A DNA stretch of 64,000 nt from Abditibacteriaceae bacterium (lineage in GTDB: Bacteria; Armatimonadota; Abditibacteriia; Abditibacteriales; Abditibacteriaceae). Under the pieces are notes generated by a model, which searched no databases, was not told the DNA's origin, and was given only the letters and a program-made list of their open reading frames with translations. Shown piece by piece: positions 39,415 through 49,433 of this stretch. The position numbers and the translations under genes are program-made. Within the stretch, counting starts at the first letter, position 1; every line of letters begins with the position of its first letter. The stretch is taken from the NCBI GenBank assembly GCA_965277285.1, contig OZ255721.1, positions 3,520,001 through 3,584,000 on the forward strand. Reading direction: 5' to 3'.

Positions 39415-40983
39415 ATGCAAAAGACGCATTCCACGACCGAAAACACTTCGGTCAGCCTCGCCACGACTGGCGCTAACGCGACTGGCGAAAACAACGACAC
39501 AACCACGACCAACGCCACAACTTCAACAGAAAACACCAACGAACAAGCGACAGTTCGTTTCGCAGATTTGGGACTTAACGGCAGCGTTCTCGAAAAGCTG
39601 GATCGTTTGGGTTTTGTCACGCCGACGCCGATTCAGGCCAAAGCGATTCCGATTGCTTTAACAGGCAAGGACATCACCGGCATTGCGCAAACCGGAACCG
39701 GCAAAACGCTGGCGTTCGGTCTGCCGATGTTGCAGCGTTTCATCGAAGGCAAAGGTCGCATCGGACGCGGCCTGATCATTTTGCCGACGCGCGAACTGGC
39801 GATCCAAGTCGAAGAAGTGTTGCAGCAAATCGGGCGCTCTTTCGGCTTGAAAACCGCTGTCCTGATTGGCGGCGCGCCGATTTACGCGCAACGCCAGCTT
39901 TTGAGCCGCAACCCCGACATCATCGTCGCCACGCCGGGACGCTTGATCGACCACCTGCAAAGCCGCAACGTTGATTTGCGCACCGTCGATGTTTTAGTAC
40001 TTGATGAAGCGGATCGTATGCTCGATATGGGTTTTGCGCCGCAGATCAAGCAGATTTTGCGCGAAGTGCCCGAAGATCGCCAGACGATGCTGTTTTCGGC
40101 GACGATGCCCAGCGAAATCGTCACGATTGCGGCGAATTATATGCGCAATCCGCAGCGCATCGAAATCGAGCGCGCCGGAACAACGGCTTCGCAAGTGACG
40201 CAGGAATTGTTTGTGGTTTCCAAGGAAGGCAAAAACGATCTGCTTTCCAAGTTACTGTATGACTACAAGCGCACGGTTTTGGTGTTCGCACGCACACGTT
40301 CGGGCGCTCATCGCGTGGCGCGCGTCGTCCGCGAAATGGGACATCGTTCGGCGGAAATCCACTCGGATCGTTCGCTATCGCAACGCCGCGAAGCTTTGGA
40401 TGGTTTCAAAACCGGCAAATATCGCGTCTTGATTGCGACAGACATTGCGGCGCGCGGCATTGATGTGACCGGCATTGAACTGGTCGTCAATTACGATTTG
40501 CCCGATTGCGCGGACGATTACGTGCATCGCATCGGGCGCACCGGACGCGCTGGCGAAACCGGACACGCCGTTTCGTTCGCCACGCCCGACCAGGCGAGCG
40601 ACGTGCGCGACATCGAAAAATCGATTCGCGCCGAATTGCCGATGAGCGAGAACTCGCCTTTACAATTGGAACGATTGGCGGCGCCCGCGCGACGTGGCAG
40701 TTCGCGTCGTGGAAACGGCGGTTATGCGCGCCCGAACAACGCCAATCGCGCCGGTTCATATCGCGGTGGCAGCGGCGGATCGAGTACTCGAAGCAACGGC
40801 GACAACCTCGCGTTGACGCCCGCCGAACGCGAACGTCAACGCACTTCGCAAACGCGTAGCGAAGCGCCCAAACCGCGCGCGCCGCACGGTTTGAATTACA
40901 GTTCTGGCGGTTCCGACTTGCGCCCGACCAATCCGCGCCGCAAGTTCTACGGCGGCGAAATCGCGGAACGCAGCGCCAAGTAA
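39415..40983 (+). CDS. DEAD-box RNA helicase (RhlE-like)
   Basis: AQTGTGKT, PTRELA, DEADRM, SAT, HRIGRTGRAG and an R/G-rich tail. Confidence 0.95.
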   Translation: MQKTHSTTENTSVSLATTGANATGENNDTTTTNATTSTENTNEQATVRFADLGLNGSVLEKLDRLGFVTPTPIQAKAIPIALTGKDITGIAQTGTGKTLAFGLPMLQRFIEGKGRIGRGLIILPTRELAIQVEEVLQQIGRSFGLKTAVLIGGAPIYAQRQLLSRNPDIIVATPGRLIDHLQSRNVDLRTVDVLVLDEADRMLDMGFAPQIKQILREVPEDRQTMLFSATMPSEIVTIAANYMRNPQRIEIERAGTTASQVTQELFVVSKEGKNDLLSKLLYDYKRTVLVFARTRSGAHRVARVVREMGHRSAEIHSDRSLSQRREALDGFKTGKYRVLIATDIAARGIDVTGIELVVNYDLPDCADDYVHRIGRTGRAGETGHAVSFATPDQASDVRDIEKSIRAELPMSENSPLQLERLAAPARRGSSRRGNGGYARPNNANRAGSYRGGSGGSSTRSNGDNLALTPAERERQRTSQTRSEAPKPRAPHGLNYSSGGSDLRPTNPRRKFYGGEIAERSAK

Positions 40984-40996
40984 ATCGGTTGAACGG

Positions 40997-41037
40997 AAAA
41001 GCGCGGTTCTTTCTTTCGAGAAGGTGCCGCGCTTTTT
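40997..41037 (+). terminator. Intrinsic terminator
   Basis: AAAAGCGCGG...CCGCGCTTTTT after the helicase stop. Confidence 0.7.
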
Positions 41038-41062
41038 GTTATGTTGTGAACTGGAATTTGGT

Positions 41063-41130
41063 TGTAGGGGCGTCAGCTTGCTGCGCCCGTGTTCAAACGT
41101 AAGTGGGCGCAGCAAGCTGACGCCCCTACA
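41063..41130. repeat. GTAG-type REP-like inverted pair
   Basis: TGTAGGGGCGTCAGCTTGCTGCGCCC ... GGGCGCAGCAAGCTGACGCCCCTACA; same family as 3618-3697. Confidence 0.85.
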
Positions 41131-41172
41131 GAACGCGACCCTTAATATCGAGTACTCAAACGGAGATGAAAA

Positions 41173-41730
41173 ATGCTGGCGGCGCGAATCGCAGGACGTG
41201 TGTTGTCACGGACGATCAGTTTCGGCTTCAAAGGCGCGTTGGTGATGGCCATTGCGGGAGTTTTCGAGGGCTTTGTTTTTGGAATTGCCTTCGATTTTGT
41301 GCCGCGTCCTCATCCAGAGGAAATGGACGGTTCGCAAATGGGCGCCCTACTAATGCTGTTTCTGGGTTTCGTGACTAGTCTTCTGGTTTTTTCTATTGCG
41401 GGCGTCTTGACGAGTCGGCGCAATGATGTTCGCAGTCATTTCACAAAAATGTGTCGAAGCGCGGTTGTTGGAAGTTGCGTTGGAATCCTTGTTGGCACTG
41501 TTTGTTTTACGTCTCTCTTTGCGATGTTGACATGGCTGACGGCTGGAAGTTTCCTGCCTGTTCCCGCGCGGTCGCTCTGGCTGTCTGCTGGAAATATCCA
41601 GGCCAGCGCGTTTATGGGATATTTGATCGGCGTTCCACTTGGCTTCATACTTGGAACTTCGCTTGGTGCCTGGCGTGGCGCTGTAAACTCAATCAAACAC
41701 GAATCGAGTACTCGAATGGAAACGAATTAA
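41173..41730 (+). CDS. Hypothetical four-TM membrane protein
   Basis: Gly-rich hydrophobic helices; abuts queC. Confidence 0.6.
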   Translation: MLAARIAGRVLSRTISFGFKGALVMAIAGVFEGFVFGIAFDFVPRPHPEEMDGSQMGALLMLFLGFVTSLLVFSIAGVLTSRRNDVRSHFTKMCRSAVVGSCVGILVGTVCFTSLFAMLTWLTAGSFLPVPARSLWLSAGNIQASAFMGYLIGVPLGFILGTSLGAWRGAVNSIKHESSTRMETN

Positions 41731-41731
41731 G

Positions 41732-42406
41732 ATGAATTCAAAGAAAGCGATTGCGATTGTCAGCGGTGGTTTGGATTCGGTGACGCTGGCGCATCTTCTC
41801 CACAGCGAAGGCTGGAAGTTGCACTTATTGGCCTACGATTACGGACAGCGCCACGCCAAAGAATTGGAGTTCGCGCGCGAATGTGCGACGCGTTTGGACG
41901 CAGAAATTTCCGTCGTCGATTTGTCGGCTTTGAAAAATGTGTTGCACGGTTCGGCTTTGACGGACGACATCGAAGTTCCGCATGGACATTACGCGGCGCC
42001 TTCGATGGCGATCACGATTGTGCCCAACCGCAACGCGATTATGTTGAGCGTCGCGTATGGCGCCGCCGTCGCGGACATGGCGGAACGCGTGGCGATTGGC
42101 GTTCATGCGGGCGATCATTTCATTTATCCCGATTGCCGCGCGCCGTTCATCGAAAGTTTCGACGCGATGCAAAAGTTAGCGGTCGAAGGTTGCGGAAATT
42201 CCGATCTGCATCTTTACGCGCCATTTATCGAGTACTCGAAAGCCGATATTGTGCGCAAAGGCGCCAGCTTGAACGTGCCTTTTGAAAGAACGTGGAGTTG
42301 CTACGAAGGCGGCGAAATTCATTGCGGCGAATGCGGCACCTGCGTCGAACGCAAAGAAGCGTTTGCACTGGCGCAGGTTTCCGATCCGACAGCATATCGA
42401 AATTGA
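41732..42406 (+). CDS. queC: 7-cyano-7-deazaguanine synthase
   Basis: SGGLDS, YGQRH, VPNRN, YPDCR, TWSCY..HCGECGTC. Confidence 0.97.
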   Translation: MNSKKAIAIVSGGLDSVTLAHLLHSEGWKLHLLAYDYGQRHAKELEFARECATRLDAEISVVDLSALKNVLHGSALTDDIEVPHGHYAAPSMAITIVPNRNAIMLSVAYGAAVADMAERVAIGVHAGDHFIYPDCRAPFIESFDAMQKLAVEGCGNSDLHLYAPFIEYSKADIVRKGASLNVPFERTWSCYEGGEIHCGECGTCVERKEAFALAQVSDPTAYRN

Positions 42407-42463
42407 ACCGCGAAGAGCGCGAAGGACGCGAAGAAAAAGAAGAGAATGAAATCGTCGTAAAAG

Positions 42464-42531
42464 TTTGTCATTCTGAGCGCAGCGAAGAATCTAACTTCAG
42501 CCAGATTCGTCGCTCCGCTCAGAATGACAAA
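42464..42531. repeat. TGTCATTCTGAG-family hairpin repeat
   Basis: Same arms as 21064-21132. Confidence 0.9.
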
Positions 42532-42599
42532 GCCTTACTTTCGAGTACTCAATTCTTTTTCCTCTTCGCGCGCTTCGTGTCCTTTGCGGTGAATCATTC

Positions 42600-43319
42600 A
42601 TGAAACCAGTTTTGATCAGCGAGATTTTTGGGCCAGTTTTGCAAGGCGAAGGCGCTTTGATCGGGCGCCCGACGGTTTTTGTGCGCACGGCGGGCTGCGA
42701 TTATCGTTGCAGTTGGTGCGATTCGTTATACGCGGTTTTGCCGCAATATAAAGGCGAATGGACGCCGATGACGCCAGATCGAGTACTCGAAGAAGTGAAA
42801 GAACTGACAAACAATCAGCCGATTTTGGTCACGTTGTCAGGCGGCAATCCGGCGTTGCAACCTTTGGAAACTTTAATTGAAATTGGTCAGTCGCAAGGTT
42901 TCACTTTTGCGATGGAAACGCAGGGTTCGGTTTGCAAAAGCTGGTTTTCTGAACTGGAATATTTGGTGTTATCGCCCAAGCCACCGTCTTCGCAAATGGA
43001 AACCGATTGGGACGTTTTGGCGCAATGTGTTGCGTCGAGCGCGAAAAACATCAGTTTGAAAGTCGTTGTGTTCGATGAAGGCGATTACGATTTTGCGCGC
43101 GAAGTTCATCGACGTTTTCCCGATGTCGCTTTTTATTTGCAAGCGGGCAGCGAAGTTGTGGCGGGTAGCGAATTTTCTGCGGACGCCATCGAGTACTCGA
43201 ACACGACGGCAGAGCGGCTGAACGAGTTGATGGCGCACGCTTTGCGCGATGGCTGGCGCGATGTCACGATTTTGCCGCAGCTTCATGTTTTGTTGTGGGG
43301 ACAAAAGCGTGGCGTTTAA
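42600..43319 (+). CDS. queE: 7-carboxy-7-deazaguanine synthase (radical SAM)
   Basis: EIFGPVLQGEG, CDYRCSWCDS, SGGNP, SPKPPSS, LPQLH. Confidence 0.96.
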   Translation: MKPVLISEIFGPVLQGEGALIGRPTVFVRTAGCDYRCSWCDSLYAVLPQYKGEWTPMTPDRVLEEVKELTNNQPILVTLSGGNPALQPLETLIEIGQSQGFTFAMETQGSVCKSWFSELEYLVLSPKPPSSQMETDWDVLAQCVASSAKNISLKVVVFDEGDYDFAREVHRRFPDVAFYLQAGSEVVAGSEFSADAIEYSNTTAERLNELMAHALRDGWRDVTILPQLHVLLWGQKRGV

Positions 43320-43485
43320 GCAGATTTGGGCGCGCAAGTTTCTGGTTTCACGTGGGAAACGCACCACGTTTGTGTCTTGCGGCATTTTTTTTGCTAAAAT
43401 GCGGAGCGCAGAGATGTACGAAGTTTTGCAGGTGTCGGAGTTGTTCAGAAAAATTGGCTCGAAAAGAGCAAAGGGAGTTTTCACA

Positions 43486-44622
43486 ATGAGCTGTAAAACG
43501 ATTTTGTCCAAACCGTTGATCTGCAGTGTGGCGTTGGGTATTTTGGCTTTGGCGCCGCTGACGGCGAAAGCGCAAGGCGACATGTCGAGCACCACAACCA
43601 CGACTTCATCTATGTCAACGACATCCATGTCGTCGACGCCGATGATGGTTACCGGCACCGTCTTGCGCTATTACACCGACCGCGAAGGTTATGTAACGGC
43701 AATGGACGTTCAAACCGCCGATGGCGTGAAGTTCGTGCGCTTTTCGCCCAGCATGGGACAGCGTTTGTACACAACGTATCCGGTCGGCGGCACCGCGACG
43801 GTTTATGTTTCGGGCGACCGTCATCCCGAAGTGGTTTCGGTTGGCGCGACAATGCCGACACCCGGCATGATGATGACCTCCTCGCCCTCGGACATGGACG
43901 AACTCGATTCCGTGCCTTATATCATGTCCGGCGCGAAGTTGATGAAAGTCAGCGGCACCTTGAAAGGCATCGTCACCAATGACACCGGCGAAGTTGTCGG
44001 TTTGGTCATTAAGGACGGCGATAAAGCCATGTCGGGCAACATGAACAACATGAGCAGCTCGATGAGCGGTTCGGGCACAAGTGGTTCGGGCGCTGGCAGC
44101 GCTGGCACAACGACAATGCCGATGACCACAAGCGATTCCTCGATGTCGGGCAATTCGATGATGCCGATGACGATGGCTGGCACGACGCTGGTTCGCGTAC
44201 CGCGCGAGTTCCGCAGCCTGGCTCCAGGCTACAATGGCACCGAGCGCGTCACGCCGTTGTTCAAGGGCGCCGATGTCGAAGTCACGGGCTATCCTGAAGC
44301 ACCGCGTTATGGCGTTATGTCGGTCTTTGAAAACCGCATCGCCGCTAATGCGATTGTTGTGAATGGCCGCACGGTTGGTGCCCTGGGCTTTCAGCGCTTG
44401 ATGTTGAGCAAGAAAGAGCGCCATATGGGCATGATGAACAGCATGGGAATGGAAGAAAGGTCCCGCGACAGCAGCATGAACGCCGATGAGATGAGCGCTT
44501 CCAACATGGGCTACACGAGCTATGGCATGGACACTTCAATGAGCACGCCGACGACGACCAGCTCGACGACAACGACAACCACCACGACCGACAGCAGCAC
44601 CACCACAACGACACCTCGCTAA
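43486..44622 (+). CDS. Secreted Met/Ser/Thr-rich hypothetical protein
   Basis: RBS AGGGAG, signal peptide ending AKA, two beta-rich regions separated by low-complexity tracts, terminator downstream. Confidence 0.8.
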   Translation: MSCKTILSKPLICSVALGILALAPLTAKAQGDMSSTTTTTSSMSTTSMSSTPMMVTGTVLRYYTDREGYVTAMDVQTADGVKFVRFSPSMGQRLYTTYPVGGTATVYVSGDRHPEVVSVGATMPTPGMMMTSSPSDMDELDSVPYIMSGAKLMKVSGTLKGIVTNDTGEVVGLVIKDGDKAMSGNMNNMSSSMSGSGTSGSGAGSAGTTTMPMTTSDSSMSGNSMMPMTMAGTTLVRVPREFRSLAPGYNGTERVTPLFKGADVEVTGYPEAPRYGVMSVFENRIAANAIVVNGRTVGALGFQRLMLSKKERHMGMMNSMGMEERSRDSSMNADEMSASNMGYTSYGMDTSMSTPTTTSSTTTTTTTTDSSTTTTTPR

Positions 44623-44646
44623 GTTTTAGCGATGTCGCCAAACCTG

Positions 44647-44685
44647 AAAAAGAGCCAGCACGCGAAAACGTGCTGGCTCTTTTTT
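44647..44685 (+). terminator. Intrinsic terminator
   Basis: AAAAAGAGCCAGCACG-loop-CGTGCTGGCTCTTTTTT. Confidence 0.85.
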
Positions 44686-44764
44686 GCGTGTGAATTCGCC
44701 AATCGAGTACTCGAACGAGCGAGTTCGCGCCGCCGAAGCAAAGCCTCTGCTAAAATAGTGTGCG

Positions 44765-47323
44765 ATGCCGACCGCCACTTTTGCCCCACAAAACCTGATT
44801 TCTTCCGCGTCCGACGAGCCATTTGCGCCGCCTTACATTCTGGTGGTGCCGGACCGCGCGCAGGGTTCGACGCAAGAATTGACGTATGCCGTTCCTGAAG
44901 GCCTGCGCGAAGGTTTGCAAATTGGCAGCTCCGTGTTGATTCCCGTCGGTGCGCAAACCGTGACCGGCTACATTTCTGGTTTCACTGCAAAAATCGACTT
45001 CGATGCGCGTTTGTTGAAGCCGATTGCGCGCGTTCTCAGCATTGAACCGATGCTGGACGAAGACGCGCTGCACGTCGCGCGCTGGATGAGTTCGTATTAC
45101 CACGCGCCACTTTCCGATTGCGTTTGCTGCTGGGTGCCGCAAGGTTCGCGTCAGGAAAACGAACGCAAATTCGTTTTCGTCGAAGAAATCAAGGTCGCGG
45201 GCGAAGCGGCTTTGCGCCCAATTTTCGGTTTTCCTCGTCGTCTCCAAGTCGCGCGCTTGTTGATGAAAAGCGAACAGGCGCTTTCCACCAAAGAAATTCA
45301 GAAAGCTCTGGGCGGCGCCGATGTGCGCGAAACCTTGAAATTGCTGGTCGCCGATGGTTTTCTGACTGAAACAGAAAACGTAACGCAAGCCGCTGTCAAA
45401 GCGAAAATTGTGCAAGCGGTTCGTAAAAGTGACAATCGAGTACTCGATGCTGAAGAATTGCAAACTCTCGAAAAACGTTCGCCGCGGCAAGCGCACGCCT
45501 TGCGCGAACTTGACGGCCATTTCGTTGTCGCTGCCAATTTCGCACGCCGCCACGAACTGGACAGTTCGGTTTTGCGTGGCTTGGAAAAGAAAGGTTTGGT
45601 CGAATTCGGCCAACTGGAAATCCAGCGTTTACCCAACGAATTGCCGGAAGAAGAAACCGAGCGCGTTCAACTGACGGAAGAACAAACGCAAGCCACTTCG
45701 CAAATCGCCGAAGCCTTGAACCGCACGGCGCAAAGCCACAAAAGCGAAACGATTTTGTTGCAAGGCGTGACGGCGAGCGGCAAAACCGAAGTGTATTTGG
45801 ACGCGATTGAACGTTGCATCGCTCTGGGTCGGCGCGCGATTGTTCTGGTGCCGGAAATCGCTTTGACAGCGCAAACGGTGGAGATTTTTCAGCGCCGTTT
45901 CCGCGAGCGCGTGGCGATTTTGCATTCGGCTCTGGGCGCTGGCGAACGCTTCGACGAATGGCGTCGCGCGCGTCGTGGCGAAGCCGATATTATCGTCGGC
46001 GCGCGTTCGGCGGTCTTTGCGCCGTGCGAAAATCTGGGTCTTGTCGTGATTGATGAAGAGCACGACGGCTCGTACAAACAAGACTCCGCGCCACGTTATC
46101 ATGCGCGTGATGTCGCTCTCAAACGCGCGAGTTTGAGCGGCGCGGTTGTGCTTTTAGGTTCCGCGACGCCGAGTTTGGAAAGCTATATTCGCGCTACCAA
46201 AAACGATTACGCGCATATTCGCATGACCAAGCGCATCGGCAATCGTCAACTGCCGCAAGTCGAAATCGTCGATATGACGGCGGAAGCGAAAATGGGCAGC
46301 GTTCCGGTTTTGAGTACTCGATTGAAGACCGCGCTGTGCGAAACCGTAGCGCGCGGCGAACAGGCAATTTTGTTCTTGAATCGGCGCGGCTTCGCGGTTT
46401 ATGTGCAATGTCTGGGTTGCGGTCACGTCGAGCGTTGTCCCAATTGCGACGTGGCCTTGACCTATCATCGCGGCGAGCGGAGTTTGCGCTGCCATCACTG
46501 CGATCATAACGCGCCCGTTATCGAAGAATGCCCCGAATGTCAGGGCTGGATGATCGGTTTTTCCGGTACGGGAACCGAAAAAGTCGAAGGCGAAGTCGCG
46601 GATTTGCTGTCGAAAAATGGTCTAAAAGACGCCACGATTTTGCGTCTTGACCGCGACACGACGAGCCGCAAAGGTTCGCACGCCGGTATTTTGAACGAGT
46701 TTCGCAGCGGTCGCGCGCAGGTTCTCATCGGCACGCAGATGGTGACCAAAGGTTTGGATTTTCCAAACGTGACTTTGGTCGGCGTCATCGCGGCGGACAG
46801 CGCCTTGAATATGCCGGATTTTCGCGCGGCGGAACGCACCTTTCAATTGCTGGCGCAAGTCGCGGGACGAGCAGGGCGCGGCACTCGTCCCGGGCGCGTG
46901 CTGATTCAAGCTCTGGCGACCGATCATTATGCGATTGAAGCGGCGCGCTCGCAGGATTACGAAGCGTTCGCCAAACAGGAATGCGAATATCGGCGCAGTC
47001 CGTGTTATCCGCCGTTTGCGCACATCGTTAACATCATTTCGCAGGACGAAGACGAGAAAACGGCCAAGCTGAAACTAGACGAATTGGCGATTGCGTTTGC
47101 CGAAGCCATCGCGCGCGAAAACGGCGAAAGCGAAAACGGCACCGAACTTTTGGGGCCAGTCGATTGTCCGGTTTCACGCATCAAAAACAAATATCGCTTT
47201 CACCTGATGCTGCGCGACCGCAATCGTCCGCGCCTGCATCGAGTACTCGAAGCGTATGATAAATTACCGCGTGCAAGCAAAACCGGCTTGATCGTCGATG
47301 TGGACGCGAGTTCGCTTTTGTAG
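44765..47323 (+). CDS. priA: Primosomal protein N'
   Basis: GVTASGKTEVY, DEEHDGSYKQ, SATPS, LNRRG, four CxxC, GTQMVTKGLDFP, QVAGRAGR. Confidence 0.97.
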   Translation: MPTATFAPQNLISSASDEPFAPPYILVVPDRAQGSTQELTYAVPEGLREGLQIGSSVLIPVGAQTVTGYISGFTAKIDFDARLLKPIARVLSIEPMLDEDALHVARWMSSYYHAPLSDCVCCWVPQGSRQENERKFVFVEEIKVAGEAALRPIFGFPRRLQVARLLMKSEQALSTKEIQKALGGADVRETLKLLVADGFLTETENVTQAAVKAKIVQAVRKSDNRVLDAEELQTLEKRSPRQAHALRELDGHFVVAANFARRHELDSSVLRGLEKKGLVEFGQLEIQRLPNELPEEETERVQLTEEQTQATSQIAEALNRTAQSHKSETILLQGVTASGKTEVYLDAIERCIALGRRAIVLVPEIALTAQTVEIFQRRFRERVAILHSALGAGERFDEWRRARRGEADIIVGARSAVFAPCENLGLVVIDEEHDGSYKQDSAPRYHARDVALKRASLSGAVVLLGSATPSLESYIRATKNDYAHIRMTKRIGNRQLPQVEIVDMTAEAKMGSVPVLSTRLKTALCETVARGEQAILFLNRRGFAVYVQCLGCGHVERCPNCDVALTYHRGERSLRCHHCDHNAPVIEECPECQGWMIGFSGTGTEKVEGEVADLLSKNGLKDATILRLDRDTTSRKGSHAGILNEFRSGRAQVLIGTQMVTKGLDFPNVTLVGVIAADSALNMPDFRAAERTFQLLAQVAGRAGRGTRPGRVLIQALATDHYAIEAARSQDYEAFAKQECEYRRSPCYPPFAHIVNIISQDEDEKTAKLKLDELAIAFAEAIARENGESENGTELLGPVDCPVSRIKNKYRFHLMLRDRNRPRLHRVLEAYDKLPRASKTGLIVDVDASSLL

Positions 47324-47353
47324 TGTGGAAAAAACAAAGGCGTATCTTGAGTT

Positions 47354-48085
47354 ATGCCAAACGAACAGAAGCCCAATGGAGCCATGCTCTTCATAAAACA
47401 CGTTATTATTACTGTTCTCACAGTATTGGTGGGCGTATTGTGTCGTCCTTTACTTATGTGGCTGCTAAAGATGAAAATCAAAAGCTACGAAAAACAGGAC
47501 CTTGGTTGTAAAACAAATCAGTGTATCGACTTGAAATCACTCCTCTTATACAATCAGAAAGCAAGCTGGCCGAATGTTCTACCTGTTGTCGACACCTTTT
47601 CAGGAATAGGGTCTAAACCTTTCGCTGCAAATTCTTTCGCGTATTTATATCTTGCCAACCTCCGACTGACCGAAGCGCAGGAGGCCAATGCTTATTGTGT
47701 TGACGTCACAGATCAATGGGTTAAGGAGAATCCTGCGCAGGCGCAAAGGGCTTTGCAACTTTGGAAACGGCTGGCTTCGTGGTATCCATTTTCTACAACT
47801 GAACCAACAATGAGCGATGAGGAATTCAGGATTGTCCGGTCAGAAATTTACAAAGTAAAAGGTCGTACTGTCAAAGAATGGCGAGATTCAAGAGTAGCCG
47901 CCGAGGTAATAGCCTGGCTTATCGCTCAGGGTGATGAAGAAGCTGGGCGTCTGATCAAACGTCTCAGGCTGAAAAACCATCCGGTTATGTATCAGCACCT
48001 CGAATTTGATATTGATGAATTTGAAGTCCTTGGAATAGGTGAAGAAGAACTTAAAGAAATTTATTTTCGCGCAGAGATGATGTAA
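47354..48085 (+). CDS. Hypothetical protein with an N-terminal TM helix, AT-rich
   Basis: 243-aa ORF with composition visibly AT-richer than its neighbours. Confidence 0.6.
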   Translation: MPNEQKPNGAMLFIKHVIITVLTVLVGVLCRPLLMWLLKMKIKSYEKQDLGCKTNQCIDLKSLLLYNQKASWPNVLPVVDTFSGIGSKPFAANSFAYLYLANLRLTEAQEANAYCVDVTDQWVKENPAQAQRALQLWKRLASWYPFSTTEPTMSDEEFRIVRSEIYKVKGRTVKEWRDSRVAAEVIAWLIAQGDEEAGRLIKRLRLKNHPVMYQHLEFDIDEFEVLGIGEEELKEIYFRAEMM

Positions 48086-48128
48086 GCGAAGAATATAAAT
48101 TAACCATTGGATGAAGCCGAAATTTTCT

Positions 48129-48902
48129 ATGACCGATTTGCAACTTTCCATTATTGTTCCGGCTTACAACGAAGAAGACCGCGTTTTGCCGACGTTGGCG
48201 CGCATGGTTACTTATATGAACGGACGCGCCGAAGAGTATGAAATTATCGTAGTGGACGACGGTTCGCGCGACCGCACGCGGCAGGTCGTAACCGATTTTG
48301 CGGCGCAGCATCCGACGGTTCGACTGGAAAAATACGATGACGCAAGCGGAAAGCCGATGAACAAAGGCAAAGGTTTCGCGGTGCGGCGCGGCGTTTTGGC
48401 GGCGCGTGGCGCCCATGTTTTGTTCAGTGATGCCGATCTTTCGACGCCGATTGAAGAAGTCGAAAAACTGTTGCCGGCCATCGAAAGCGGGAAATACGGT
48501 GTGGCGATTGCGTCGCGCGCGATGCGAGAATCCAATCTGGCGATTCATCAGCCGTGGTACCGAGAAATGATGGGGCGCACTTTCAACGCTTTTGTGCAGC
48601 GCATCGCGGTTCCTGGCATCAAAGATACGCAATGTGGTTTCAAATTGTTCAGCGGAGAAGCGGCGCAACGCATTTTTTCCAAGGCGCGCATTGATGGCTT
48701 TGGTTTCGATACCGAAGTGTTGTTTTTGGCGCGCAAATATGGTTATCGAGTACTCGAAGTCGCAGTGACGTGGCGCCATCAGGAAGATAGCCGCGTCAGC
48801 CCTTTTGTCGCGCCGCTGCAAATGCTGCGCGAATTGGTTCAAGTGCGGCGCAATGATCGTCGCGGCCTTTATCGAGAAAAACGTGACAAACCTAAAGCAT
48901 AA
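48129..48902 (+). CDS. GT2 polyprenol-phosphate glycosyltransferase
   Basis: SIIVPAYNEE, VVDDGSRD, NKGKGFAV, FSDADLS, DTQCGFK. Confidence 0.92.
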   Translation: MTDLQLSIIVPAYNEEDRVLPTLARMVTYMNGRAEEYEIIVVDDGSRDRTRQVVTDFAAQHPTVRLEKYDDASGKPMNKGKGFAVRRGVLAARGAHVLFSDADLSTPIEEVEKLLPAIESGKYGVAIASRAMRESNLAIHQPWYREMMGRTFNAFVQRIAVPGIKDTQCGFKLFSGEAAQRIFSKARIDGFGFDTEVLFLARKYGYRVLEVAVTWRHQEDSRVSPFVAPLQMLRELVQVRRNDRRGLYREKRDKPKA

Positions 48903-48945
48903 GTCAAGTATGAAAAGAAAGGTGTGCTTCTTGCGTGCGGCATCT

Positions 48946-49227
48946 ATGCGTATTACGGTTGACGCTATGACAGCGGAATTTCGTTTACTTGATGACCTAA
49001 CTGGAGATGAGGAAAGTCTGCATTATGCTTGGCTTTTGTTTGGCGGCAATGCAGAAGCCTTGGAGCGAGCGCGGCACTCGATCACCATGCAAGTCACGGA
49101 AGGTTGGCTCGAAGTCGTTCATAAAACAGAAAACAATGTTCAAGTGTTGAAGGCTTGGCAGATCAGAGAAGTGCTTGCCGATGAAGCGAACTGGCGCAAG
49201 CAAGGTTCAGAGGCCGAGTATTTTTGA
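48946..49227 (+). CDS. Small hypothetical protein
   Basis: Short ORF with protein-like composition. Start uncertain. Confidence 0.35.
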   Translation: MRITVDAMTAEFRLLDDLTGDEESLHYAWLLFGGNAEALERARHSITMQVTEGWLEVVHKTENNVQVLKAWQIREVLADEANWRKQGSEAEYF

Positions 49228-49373
49228 GCCTGACAAAAGCTGGTGGCAAATATAGCGGTGGCTAAATGTGTAATAAGTGGACCATTTAGCTAACCAATGG
49301 TGCGGGTTTCCCTTGTGCCTGCGAGTTCACTCGCAGGGAAACGGCAATCCGCACCGCTGGTTAGCTAACGTTA

Positions 49374-49410
49374 AAACAGCGAGTACTCATTTATCGAGTA
49401 CTCGCTGTTT
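49374..49410. terminator. Terminator hairpin made of two palindrome cores
   Basis: AAACAGCGAGTACTC-ATTTATC-GAGTACTCGCTGTTT, downstream of the cytochrome c stop. Confidence 0.8.
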
Positions 49411-49433
49411 AGGTTTGCAGAAATGGAGCAAAT

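Noticed and set aside
41732..43319. queC/queE as a dpd-type DNA modification system linked to the palindrome
   Set aside because: No dpdA/tgt-like or other dpd genes are nearby, so ordinary queuosine biosynthesis is the simpler reading.
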